A stretch of DNA of 64,000 nucleotides, taken from contig MU271186.1 of NCBI GenBank assembly GCA_021432655.1, positions 1 through 64,000 on the forward strand, read 5' to 3'. Positions 23,169-35,530 of the stretch are shown in pieces (the first letter of the stretch is position 1; every line of letters starts with the position of its first letter). The position numbers and the translations under genes are program-made. The notes under the pieces are model-generated. The model did no database searches, was not told the origin of the DNA, and worked only from the letters and a program-made list of their open reading frames with translations. The stretch comes from Atractiella rhizophila (taxonomy: Eukaryota).

Positions 23169-24295
23169 TTACTGAACACCTTCATTCTCCAACACCGTCC
23201 TCAACCTCTCGACTTCATCCCTCAAAGCTCGATTTCCCTCTTCAGTCCATTTAACCAAATCCACAGCCTTCTCCAAAATCAAACTCTTACTAGCACCACC
23301 TCCCACCTCCGCCTTCCTCCCTCGCCCCCTCTTCATCCCCTTCCCCTCGTCCCCCCCGCCTTCCAAGACCTTGATCGAGATCCCGCTCTGCTCTTCCATC
23401 AAGTTCAAAATGTCGACCAGCTCCTGAAACCCAATCTTGATCGCGTTCCGCCGCTTTTGTTCGGACAGGATGTGGTTCGAACGTCGCTGGGATTCGCTCA
23501 ACAGACCTATTTTCGACGCCGCCATCGCCGCCGATGACGATGCCGCCGCCGCTGAGGTCAGCGTCGATGTGGACGCTGCTGAGGCGGAGGTTGGAGGGGA
23601 GAGGTGGACGGGGTCAAAGGATGGTGACGTTTTCCGCCTCTTCGTGGCTGGCGGATCAGATGTCAGACCAGGTCGAGTGGTGGAGGAGGTCGGAATGGAG
23701 ACAGCGGGTGCGGAGATGGAATGATGGATTCCAGTGCGGTGGGGAGGAGCGGTGGGATCGAAGAGTTGTGTGTGGGTTGTGTGGGGGGTATGGGGTGGCG
23801 GGGTGAAGAGGAGTTGGGAGTGGGAGGGGTCGTGATGAGGAGGCGGGGAGGAGTAGATGGTCCCGTTTGTTGACAGGTTCCTGATCGCAGTTTGGTCCAA
23901 CGTCCTCCCCACTCCATGTTCGTGAACGGAATAGTCTGGCATGGAGATATTCATCATCCCTCCATTCATTCCTTCCACCAATGGCGCAGTCGTCCATGTG
24001 GTCTCCATCGCCATCCCTGGATAAGGAGGAGCGGAGGTGGGAAATGGAAAGTCAAAGGTGAAATCGAAGTTATTCGACTCGTCCAAGTTATCCAGGAATC
24101 CGAATATGTTGGCTGATTCCGATGCGTCCAGCAACGGAGCTGGACCGGTTAAGCCGAACCGGTGTGGCGGAGGATGGGGGAAGGCAGGGGTGAAGGAGGA
24201 GGTGGAGGCAAAGTGGAAGTCTGATCGCTCACATCAGTGAATCAGTGATACGACGAATGGGCAAGCTCACCTTCGTAAGGTACCGGCATGGGCAT
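23169..24295 (-). CDS. bHLH transcription factor, Ino4-like
   Basis: LLSESQRRSNHILSEQKRRNAIKIGFQEL...SKSLILEKAVD; short first exon inferred. Confidence 0.88.
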
Positions 24296-25090
24296 TAGAT
24301 CACTGGAAGGCGGGGGTACAAATTGTGGATCAAAGATGTAAGGAGACGAATGCTCCCCTGAGCTCGAAGGAAGCATAGGAGACTGGTCCATCATATCCAA
24401 GCGGTTTTCCAGTAATTTTGAGCCCTAATAATCTGCCAAATGGTCCTGCAGAAGACGTGCTGGACTGCGTGAAGTTTATCAACCTTTGCCTTCTCCACAG
24501 CTGGAGGTGTGTCTCCAACTCGAAAGCGTTTCCAATGCGAAGGTCTCCAGGCTGATGCGAGATGGAGACTCGGACGGGAGAGGGACAGCGACTGGACAGG
24601 GGCAGGAATTCGAATGAAACTGGTCGCCTTGACAAGTTCGAGTGTTGATATAGAAGTTCACATTTTGATATCACGATCGGGAATCTGCGGAAGTTAATAC
24701 AACCCGAGGGGCTTCCATTTTGGCGTTGCTGTCTGTACCTTGCAGGTTCCAGGGATGGATATAAGGTAGATGTGCTAGTGAGCCTAATGGGATGATGGCG
24801 ACTGCAATACCACGAATATGCGGCTGACATTGCGTGTCATCCCGCACCTACCGTTCCGTTCCATGTTTCACGAGTTGACGACAATTATACATTTAATTTC
24901 GTTAGGTTAATCCCACGACATTGCAATTGCATGAGCAAGGATTAACCTGTTATCTCCCAGCTTCAAAGACGAAGGTAGAAGCGGCGCAACGGGCGGCTAT
25001 CTTCAGATCATATTGTGAGGCCGATTGTTGACTGCATCGGGGCTACTTGCTTCCAAATCCACATCTCATGTAGGATCTATCGACAGAACA

Positions 25091-26031
25091 ATGAACATCG
25101 ACGACTTCCATCACAGCCTGACCGACCTTCAAGTCGAGCTAGACAGCGACGCTCAGACCCGAGATGCCTTGCGAGATGTCATCCGTCCTCTCGATCGACA
25201 GGTCAGGGCAACCCAGACGATCTTGTCCAAGGTGCACGGAGCAGGAGTCGGGCAAAAAGATTCCATTTTGAGCGAGAGCGAAGAGAGCATCAACTCCGTT
25301 AGAGAAGGACTCGGGAGGTTGCAGGGTCTTGTCAAAGACGGTGAATTTTGGTAACCCTTCCTCTCAGGCTTGCTCTTAATATCGCAATATCGAAGATTTG
25401 TCATGCGAGATTGATGTGGCTGAGTAGGAAATGGTACGACATGTGGAAGAACGTGGTGCAATCGGCTTCCTTCTGCGTTCTCATGAGGAGATGGTTATCC
25501 GATGGTGGGTGTAGCGAAAAAGAGGAAGTGGCATCTGAACTCGGTCGTTGGTCTCTTTCAATTCTTCACTCCGGCTTTTAACTTTAATAAACAATATTGT
25601 CTCCAGTTGCTTCGCCCACTTTCTGTCTCACCACAGAAGACTATCTGCATTCTCTGCTCACCCTCGTCTCTGAGCTCTCCCGTCTATCCGTCAATTGTAT
25701 CCCGCTCCGAGATTACAGAACGCCTCTCAAGATCTCCTCGTTTGCAAAGGACATCTCGAACGGATTCGGATTGCTCGAACTACGCAACGATAGTCTGCGA
25801 AGACATTTTGATGGTTTGGTCAGCTTTTCTCCTCATCATTCATGCTCTGTGTTGATTTTGATAGACGTCGTAGAAATACGATAATAAGAGGTGTGAGGAT
25901 GGTGAGTTCCGAGCTGTGAGCGAATCGAGGACCAAGTTGAACGCGAAACAGTGGTCTATGATCTTTCCCTTCGAGGATTGATCCCCCCAGAGGCGGAAGG
26001 GAATGAAAGCGACAAGAAACCGAATTTGTAA
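25091..26031 (+). CDS. TSN1: Translin
   Basis: LTTEDYLHSLLTLVSELSRLSVN, DYRTPLKISSF, LLELRNDSLRRHFD, KYD, VVYDLSLRGL. Confidence 0.92.
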
Positions 26032-26094
26032 AGGCGGAGAACACGGAGTGAGATTTTAAGTGTACACAATGTATCGAAAACGCAACCCTTGCGA

Positions 26095-27929
26095 CTATCT
26101 CCTACTCTTACTCCTCTTGCCTGCAGCCGAATTCGAATCGATCGTCTGAACTTCCTCCTCCTCAGCGTCCATGTCAACTCCAACACCAGGTAAATTGAGC
26201 ATATCCCACTGAACCTCCTCCGCACCTCCGTCAGCCGCAGCTTCGACAAAGGCTTGCTCTTCATGATCGACTTCATCTACATGATCCAATGTTGGGAGGA
26301 AGTCTTCGTCCTCATCTTCCGAACTCTGACGCGAGTCTCGAACGTGCGAGCGTGAAGAGGAGATTGGCAGGATGGAGATGTGCTCTTGAAGCGTCTCCCG
26401 TTTCACGGCTGACGTGTCCTCCTGTTCAGCCCCTCCTCAGTAAATGGGGTAGGGCTGATAAGTGAGAAAAAACACGATGTCGAATTCATCCTCTCTCTCT
26501 TCGTATTCTACGTTCTCTTCTAATTCCTCGAATCCCGGCGCATATGCAGCCCATGTTTCAGCTACGCTCGTACTCCATATGTGGATGAGACCAATATTCG
26601 AGACCGATGCGACCACCGGCCGTGTGGGATGCCACTGTCGCAACAATTTAGTAGAGTGCGAGAAATGACTGAGGATAAGCACATCAAAGTCTTCGAAAGG
26701 ATCCGGGGGACCTTCTAGCATCTTTACAAGCACTCCAGCTGCACGGTCCCAGATATGGATATTATGAGCTGCCTTATCGCCAGCCCCTATCATCCGATGT
26801 TGGTAACATCACCATCGAATAGTCCTACTTACCACCTACGACGTAGTCGCCACTTGTTGAAAAGCCACAGCCAGTCCATGGCATCTTGTTAACGAGATCT
26901 TGAAATCTATGGAATCCGTGAGCATTCCTTAGACGAAGGAGAGGAACCACGAACCGATGATCCAGTCGCACGCTAAAATCCTTCTCGAGTCCAAACACAC
27001 GAATGCTCCGATCCGACGAATTTGTGACAATGGAGCTTCCGCGTTTGTCAAAGCGAAGGGTCTTGATCAAGGCTGGCGCCGTAAGAGGTACAGTGTTGAC
27101 AAGCTGCCAAACGTTGAGATTTCGCAGGGAGAAGTGAGGCGCTGACACACTTGTTTTGTGTTCGCGTCAAATATCCGCAGGTTTCCCTGACTGGTGCCCA
27201 CGTAGATGAAATCTCCCGTAGGAGTAAATCGGGCGACCGTTGAATATTCTCTGTTTGAGCATTAGTCTTTGTTGAGAATAGAGAAAGACGCACTTTCGCT
27301 TTTTGCTGCCTTCCTCGAGATTGGGGTGGGTTGCAACATCAAGCTCCCACCGCATTCCGCTTGTCAAGTCCACCAAGACAGCTTCCGACTGTAACGCCAG
27401 AGTTACCAGGATGAGTTTCCTACAATACGTCACACGCTTTCTCAAGCTATGGTAAGCAAAAAAAACCTGTTTTGAGGATGGAATTCAGCACTGCTAACAG
27501 GAGCATCGAAACGAATCGTATCGCTCCTCTCGCCATGCTTGAGATCCCAAATTATCACATTCCAGTCCCTACTCGCGCTGAGAACATGGCGCCCGTTTCT
27601 ACTCCAACTAGGTATCTTCGTCAGCAGTGTCGTCGAGTAAAACGGGCGAACTCACGAAATGGCCGAAATGGCCTTTACGTGTCCCTCCAAAAAGCGCACG
27701 ATACCTTTGGTTTCCAAATCAATGATAGAGACACAGCCGTCCGACCTTCCAACGGCCAGAAAGTGTCCTGCAAACTTGCCTCGAGGATTGAAGCGTGCAA
27801 TGAGGGCCGACGCGTCCAAAGAAGACTCCACGAACTCGGGCAGCTCCTGTGCAAATGTGTCTACTCAAGAATTCCAGTTGAATATAGCAAAAGAGCAGTG
27901 AGAAGCGCACTTAGTAGCTCTAAATTCAT
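26095..27929 (-). CDS. SWD1: COMPASS/Set1 complex WD40 subunit Swd1 (RBBP5)
   Basis: MNLELL start, FQDLVNKMPW, AHNIHIWDR, WHPTRP, WAAYAPGFEELEENVEYEEREDEFDI. Confidence 0.95.
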
Positions 27930-28732
27930 CCAGCCTCGATCTAAGCAGTCAAACTTTAGGACAAGTAGCCACACTCCCGACGTGAGCGCTGTAACCTTTT
28001 GTAGATGTTCAAAATTCACCAAAATAAGTCGCAGATTAGCTAGAGTGTGTTGAAGGCTGAACGAGGAGGATTTGTTAGAGAGAAGTGATGCTGAGATTGG
28101 TTGTTGGATCTGCGCAGTAATATTAACTTTCCATTGGGCCGGTTCAATCTAAAGTCTCCTCTAATCTGGTTTACAACTTTGCCCCAGACTACTGGTAGTT
28201 AATCCCCAGCTCCCTTGTCCAGACTATGTGCTGTAACTGCTGTGATTCGGTTCGAGCCGATCAGAGTAAACGTTGTACTCAAAGTGAAGCTGTGGCCTGA
28301 AGCACTAGTATTCTCGGTCTCACAGTAACGTAGTTCAAGCAACCTGAGCGAGCGAGAGGGTTATGTTGGGTCCTACCGTACTAGTCGAGTGAGAGGGTTT
28401 TGCTAGATCCTTACCGTACTCAAAATGAAGCGTTTCAAACTTATAACGGGGCCGTCGTCAGAGAGTTTCCGAGTTAGAAGGTATGAAATGCTAGGCGGCA
28501 CCTGAAAGAATATCGGTGACGTTGTTCAGGGGGCTAGCATCCGCAATCACGGCGGACAGGTTTCGTTAACCCTAGATTTCGACGACTGTGTTGGAGTATC
28601 AAAGAGACTACTGTGAAGGCCACAAGCGTGATCGCAAAGAAAGGATGTCTTGGAAAGCTTGTGCGGCCTGACAGGCAGCATGCTCACGGAGAGTGAACGT
28701 TGAAATATTAGTAGGATTACCGATTATGTCTA

Positions 28733-30686
28733 CTAGTAGATGCCAGGGAAGATTCGAGACGGAACTTTCTTGCAATAGATGTCCCAGTCCTTTCCATACC
28801 TGCACCCTGATAAGCCTCCAACCGACGACTCTAGCAAAGACGCACTTCTTCTTACAGTTTTCATCGTCCCGACGCTGCCTATGTACTAAAAGCACAAGGA
28901 AGTATACAAAGTAGAAGTAGGTCAAAGGGTTTTCAAAGCCAGTAGGCAGAGACCAACTATTCGTGTGAAGTTCACTTGTCAGTGCGGTCCAAAAGGTCGG
29001 GCGCGATAAACAACGTACGCAAGTCCCATAATCAAGTCACCCATATAATTCGGGTGTCTTGACCTCCCCCACCACCCACTAGTTATGAGTTTGCTTCCCT
29101 TCTCAGTGGTCATGTACTGCAGATTCCCAATCTTTCCGTTTCGGAAGTCATTTTTCTGTCCGTTTGCCTTCCGGAAGATGTAGTAGCCGAGGAAGTTGAC
29201 GGCAAGGATGCACAAAGAGAGAGTGAAGCCGAGATCGATGGGATGGAGAGCCAAGAATCTCGTTTGTAGGCCGTACGTGAACGGTACCCAAAGTAAGTCC
29301 CCAACAGAGAGCATGAAGCTAATACCCATCAGAAAAACTCTTGCACTATGCAAAGACGCACCCAAAGCCATCAGTGGTGATATCCATAGTCGTAAAGATG
29401 GCTTTCTGATGCATACGGTCAGATGGGAACGAATTAGGAGCAGTTCAACCCCAGACTAACCTCATTCCACATCGCATCAGCAACGTAAAGCCCTTGGTTA
29501 ACGACCACGATCCAGAGGCTATCTGTCACACGTCCATTATCATGATATTGCTTCGCAACCATTCCCAAATCGAGAATGAACCACAAGATGAGTCCAGGTC
29601 GAAGCTCGTTGAAACTCTTGATGTCAAAGCTTCCGATTCTCGGATTGAGAGAGCGACCAATGAAAAAATCGTAGATGACGGAGCCGGTGTTTCCACCCAG
29701 GGCAAGCATCTCATCCTTCGACGTAAACGACATGAGATAGACGTAGGATGCCTGGACATTCATCAACAACAAATTTGTGAAATATTGGTGCATACCTGAA
29801 GAATAGAATTCAGCAAAGCGGCAGTCGCTAAGCCAAACCAATGTTCGTAAATAAAAAGGAATGGCTGGTGCCCTTGCCAAAGGTAGATTCCACTCGCAAG
29901 CAGAAGGGTGGCAATGAAAGTCGAAAATGCTGTTCCAAAAAAATCATTAGCCTGTCTGTTGAGCTCTATTGTGTCCTCAGAACTCGTTCCTCGCGCTCAG
30001 AATTTTTTCAGGGAAACTGATACGCGCTCAGGTTCAACTGTTTGAGTCCTCGACGCGTGTACCTGAAATGAGAAGGTGCACGCTTCAAGGACAAAGAACG
30101 CTTTGGGTCTGTTCAAAAGCATGCATAGTGATAACGAACCCGAGGTGGAGCAGCAAGCAGTTCACAGCACACCGACATTTCGTCTTAAGTCAATAAAGAC
30201 GCACCATTGATCTTGTACTGTAGCTTCGTTTTCCCATCTCTCAGGAGCACGCCTTCATACCACTCTCCGGGCAGGATAGCCCAACAGAGGACCGTCCACG
30301 CGTACCAGGCTGCGTACACTCCCCATGCCTTTAAATCGACATAATTTGCTTCCGTGGCAATCCGCCAGAAGTCGTTTGCGAGAAATTTGTCTAAGGGACG
30401 TGCCGGGCAGCCACCCTCGTTGCAGAAGATGGCGAAGAGGTATGTGAAGATGGGTACTGTGAGGGTGATGAAGAATGCGCCAGGAGGACCAAGAAATTCG
30501 TAGTGGTGAGAGCGCGGCTGAGCTTCGTACTTCGTTGACGTGCCCATATCGTTTCTGGGTGAAGTTGGGCTAAGAGATGGGTTTGAGAACTGCTTTAATA
30601 AGGAGAGGCGACTGGGAAGGAGGGGGTGGGGAGCACAGTTCCGACAGTTCCAGGCTGGTGGTTCGATTGGTTTTTCTTCCTGCCAT
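28733..30686 (-). CDS. ERG24: Sterol C-14 reductase, paralog A
   Basis: [70 protein letters not shown]...[10 protein letters not shown]. Start is 30686 (with a short intron) or 30547. Confidence 0.93.
29930..30204 (-). other. 275-nt structured intron of ERG24 paralog A
   Basis: GTGCGT...CTAAT...CAG (YKIN|AFSTF). Pairings CTCGGGTTC/GAACCTGAG, CTTGC/GCGAG, GAACT/AGTTC, CGTCTT/AAGACG. Confidence 0.78.
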
Positions 30687-30828
30687 TGGTGGGAACAAAG
30701 CCGTCGGCAGACACCAGATTAAAGAATGGAAGGATGTGTAATACGTGAATCACGGTAGCTGAATTTCTCTGTAATTACTGTAATGTGTGTATATATTATA
30801 GCTATAGGTCTACCATCTAGCTGTATCG

Positions 30829-32607
30829 TCAGTAGATCAGGGGGAAAATCCTTGCTGGCACTTTCGCACAATAAACATCCCAATCTTTTCCATACCTAAT
30901 TCAACTTGCTCAGTTTCCTTCATTCGTGAGTCGAGGAGCTTACTTTTTGCGACATGCAAAATCATCCCTCCTCTGCCGATGGACGAGGAGTATAAAAAAG
31001 TAGATGAAATAAAAATAAGTGAGGGGAGTCGAGAAACCAGTTGGCAGTGACCAGCTACAGGGTCTCAGTATCTGAATACGACTTGAGGAAAAAACTCACG
31101 AAAGGGCCATGAAGAGATCTCCCATGTAATTCGGGTGTCTGGACCTCCCCCACCATCCGCTCGTGATGAGTTTGGTCCCTCGCTCCGTCTCCATATACTT
31201 CAGATTCCCAATTCGTCCATTCCTAAAGTTGTCCTTCTCGCCATTGCTTGCTCGAAAGATGTAGTATCCCAACGCATTGAACCCCAAGATAAGGGTGCTA
31301 ACCAGAGATCCGAGCGTGGCGCCATGTGCCGATAAGTAGCGGGCTTGGAGGGAGAAGGTGAAGGGAATCCAGCACATTGTTCCGAACGAAAGCATGAACC
31401 TAAGACCGCTGCGATCAGGCAACCGAAAACTAAGGAAGGCCAAGTGGACCCACCCAAAGCCATCAGATGTGATGTCCATTGTCGTTAACACGGCAGACTG
31501 TTCCTTTATCAACTCTTGACTCCGCAAGAAAGAGTCCATACCTCATTCCATAAAGAATCGGCGGTATAGAAACCTTGAGCTAGCACAACGATCCACATGC
31601 TATCCGTTATGTACCCGTAATCCTCTTTCATTTGAGCCATGTACCCCAAATTAAGCATGAACCAAAGCATCATCCCCGGTCGCAACTCGTTGAAGCTTTT
31701 CACGTCGAACATTCCAAGGCGTGGGTTCAGGGGCCGTCCGATGAAGAAATCATAAGGAACGGAACCAGTATTTCCCTCCAAGGCAAGCATCTCCCCGTTG
31801 AAGTGCGACCGTGTATATACGAAGAGTGCCTGTCGGTGTAAGGTCAGTTGAGGATCTCCTGAAAGAACTTAGGACCCACTTGGACGGTTGACATGAGGAA
31901 GGCTGAGAACATAAGGCCGTAGCAATGCTTCGAAAGGAATAGGAAAGGTTCGTGTCCGTACACAAAGTAAACGACGAGAGAGGCGATCACAGTTGCAGTG
32001 AAAGTCGGCAGAGCTAAGAGAAAGCTGCAAGTGAGCACGTTTTCAAGGGAGCGCGACACACTCCACGCCGTAATTTTAAGATAGGACACTTCCTCAATCA
32101 GCATGCATTGAAAGCTACAACTGGATACTAGTTCAGGATGGGAGTCTGTGATATGCCGTAGCTCATTCGGACGTTGTTGATGTTTGGCTGGAGCGCTAAT
32201 ATACGCTGCATAAAGTGCCCAGCTCAAGGAGGACAATTGCATCCAAAGAAAGGCACTCATAAAGCCGAGCGAGCACAAGGAAAACCATTCAGAGCCCAGT
32301 GATCCAGCCAAGCATATTTGGAGGAAAGCTCACCGTTCATTTTATACTTCAACTTCGTCCCATCTCTCAGCTGAGTGCCCTCCTTCCAATTTCCTGGCAG
32401 GACAAACCAACATAATACGAGGTATCCATACCATCCAAGGTACACCATAGCAGCCCTTGCATCCATAAACCTTGCCCCTCTCCATTCCTGCAGTAAATCG
32501 TGCTGCTCCCAAATTCCACAGCTACGCGCGTTGCATGCAAGCGAGAGATAAAAGGCTAGCAGAGGCGTTGTCACGGTTATGACAGCTGCACCAAGGGAAA
32601 GCAACAT
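30829..32607 (-). CDS. ERG24: Sterol C-14 reductase-family protein, paralog B copy 1
   Basis: [63 protein letters not shown]-terminus shorter than paralog A. Confidence 0.88.
32014..32333 (-). other. 320-nt structured intron of ERG24 paralog B (duplicated at 34818-35137)
   Basis: GTGAGC...TAG (YKMN|ALPTF). Pairings TTGGCTGGA/TCCAGCCAA, TTTCCTC/GAGGAAG, GAGCTAC/GTAGCTT, GAGTGCC/GGCACTT. Confidence 0.78.
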
Positions 32608-32726
32608 GGTCGACTTAAGCTTGGACTTGCATTTGAGGTTGTCTGTTCAACATCTACTCCATCTCGCTTCCACGAATCAAACCCCGCCGCCCAGGAACAC
32701 AAGATTGCTACAAAGTCAGCCGCAAA

Positions 32727-32993
32727 ATGAGCAGGGCTAGGATTTGGGAGAAGATACTGCTCATTCGTCTAGACGGGAAAGGAGGAGAGGATCTGAAGGA
32801 TGAGGAACTCGAAAAGCTCTGGGATCATGCAGCGGACACTGCCTTGCTGAAAACGTGGCTTGAAGGAGTGCGGGTGAGCGAAATGGTGGAGGGTGGAAAG
32901 GTCAAGGTATGTTATTTTCTCTTCTGTTCTTATTATTTCGGATGGAGTTGTATGCCGCAGTGCAATTCTGTATCCATTGCGCTAATTGGCACC
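32727..32993 (+). pseudogene. Duplicated first exon and partial intron of ARMH3
   Basis: Matches 35531-35797 and is truncated at the duplication junction. Confidence 0.85.
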
Positions 32994-32994
32994 A

Positions 32995-33490
32995 CAATAA
33001 AGACGCACCATTGATCTTGTACTGTAGCTTCGTTTTCCCATCTCTCAGGAGCACGCCTTCATACCACTCTCCGGGCAGGATAGCCCAACAGAGGACCGTC
33101 CACGCGTACCAGGCTGCGTACACTCCCCATGCCTTTAAATCGACATAATTTGCTTCCGTGGCAATCCGCCAGAAGTCGTTTGCGAGAAATTTGTCTAAGG
33201 GACGTGCCGGGCAGCCACCCTCGTTGCAGAAGATGGCGAAGAGGTATGTGAAGATGGGTACTGTAAGCGTGATGAAGAATGCTCCTGGAGGACCAAGAAA
33301 TTCGTAGTGGTGAGAGCGCGGCTGAGCTTCGTACTTCGTTGACGTGCCCATATCGTTTCTGGGTGAAGTTGGGCTAAGAGATGGGTTTGAGAACTGCTTT
33401 AATAAGGAGAGGCGACTGGGAAGGAGGGGGTGGGGAGCACAGTTCCGACAGTTCCAGGCTGGTGGTTCGATTGGTTTGTCTTCCTGCCAT
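32995..33490 (-). pseudogene. Duplicated 5' fragment of ERG24 paralog A
   Basis: Same peptide as ORF 30185-30547 up to YKING, then truncated inside the long intron. Confidence 0.85.
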
Positions 33491-33632
33491 TGGTGGGAAC
33501 AAAGCCGTCGGCAGACACCAGATTAAAGGATGTAAGGATGTGCAATACGTGAATCATGGTAGCTGAATTTCTCTGTAATTACTGTAATGTGTGTATATAT
33601 CATAGCTATAGGTCTACCATCCAGCTGTATCG

Positions 33633-35411
33633 TCAGTAGATCAGGGGGAAAATCCTTGCTGGCACTTTCGCACAATAAACATCCCAATCTTTTCCATACC
33701 TAATTCAACTTGCTCAGTTTCCTTCATTCGTGAGTCGAGGAGCTTACTTTTTGCGACATGCAAAATCATCCCTCCTCTGCCGATGGACGAGGAGTATAAA
33801 AAAGTAGATGAAATAAAAATAAGTGAGGGGAGTCGAGAAACCAGTTGGCAGTGACCAGCTACAGGGTCTCAGTATCTGAATACGACTTGAGGAAAAAACT
33901 CACGAAAGGGCCATGAAGAGATCTCCCATGTAATTCGGGTGTCTGGACCTCCCCCACCATCCGCTCGTGATGAGTTTGGTCCCTCGCTCCGTCTCCATAT
34001 ACTTCAGATTCCCAATTCGTCCATTCCTAAAGTTGTCCTTCTCGCCATTGCTTGCTCGAAAGATGTAGTATCCCAACGCATTGAACCCCAAGATAAGGGT
34101 GCTAACCAGAGATCCGAGCGTGGCGCCATGTGCCGATAAGTAGCGGGCTTGGAGGGAGAAGGTGAAGGGAATCCAGCACATTGTTCCGAACGAAAGCATG
34201 AACCTAAGACCGCTGCGATCAGGCAACCGAAAACTAAGGAAGGCCAAGTGGACCCACCCAAAGCCATCAGATGTGATGTCCATTGTCGTTAACACGGCAG
34301 ACTGTTCCTTTATCAACTCTTGACTCCGCAAGAAAGAGTCCATACCTCATTCCATAAAGAATCGGCGGTATAGAAACCTTGAGCTAGCACAACGATCCAC
34401 ATGCTATCCGTTATGTACCCGTAATCCTCTTTCATTTGAGCCATGTACCCCAAATTAAGCATGAACCAAAGCATCATCCCCGGTCGCAACTCGTTGAAGC
34501 TTTTCACGTCGAACATTCCAAGGCGTGGGTTCAGGGGCCGTCCGATGAAGAAATCATAAGGAACGGAACCAGTATTTCCCTCCAAGGCAAGCATCTCCCC
34601 GTTGAAGTGCGACCGTGTATATACGAAGAGTGCCTGTCGGTGTAAGGTCAGTTGAGGATCTCCTGAAAGAACTTAGGACCCACTTGGACGGTTGACATGA
34701 GGAAGGCTGAGAACATAAGGCCGTAGCAATGCTTCGAAAGGAATAGGAAAGGTTCGTGTCCGTACACATAGTAAACGACGAGAGAGGCGATCACAGTTGC
34801 AGTGAAAGTCGGCAGAGCTAAGAGAAAGCTGCAAGTGAGCACGTTTTCAAGGGAGCGCGACACACTCCACGCCGTAATTTTAAGATAGGACACTTCCTCA
34901 ATCAGCATGCATTGAAAGCTACAACTGGATACTAGTTCAGGATGGGAGTCTGTGATATGCCGTAGCTCATTCGGACGTTGTTGATGTTTGGCTGGAGCGC
35001 TAATATACGCTGCATAAAGTGCCCAGCTCAAGGAGGACAATTGCATCCAAAGAAAGGCACTCATAAAGCCGAGCGAGCACAAGGAAAACCATTCAGAGCC
35101 CAGTGATCCAGCCAAGCATATTTGGAGGAAAGCTCACCGTTCATTTTATACTTCAACTTCGTCCCATCTCTCAGCTGAGTGCCCTCCTTCCAATTTCCTG
35201 GCAGGACAAACCAACATAATACGAGGTATCCATACCATCCAAGGTACACCATAGCAGCCCTTGCATCCATAAACTTTGCCCCTCTCCATTCCTGCAGTAA
35301 ATCGTGCTGCTCCCAAATTCCACAGCTACGCGCGTTGCATGCAAGCGAGAGATAAAAGGCTAGCAGAGGCGTTGTCACGGTTATGACAGCTGCACCAAGG
35401 GAAAGCAACAT
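33633..35411 (-). CDS. ERG24: Sterol C-14 reductase-family protein, paralog B copy 2
   Basis: Complete copy of 30829-32607 with two visible amino-acid differences (GARF/GAKF, VYFV/VYYV). Confidence 0.88.
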
Positions 35412-35530
35412 GGTCGACTTAAGCTTGGACTTGCATTTGAGGTTGTCTGTTCAACATCTACTCCATCTCGCTTCCACGAATCAAACCCCGCCGCCCAGGA
35501 ACACAAGATTGCTACAAAGTCAGCCGCAAA

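Noticed and set aside
28567..28574. TAACCCTA, resembling a TTAGGG telomerase RNA template
   Set aside because: An 8-mer is expected about twice by chance on both strands of 64 kb; I saw no supporting pseudoknot or other motif.
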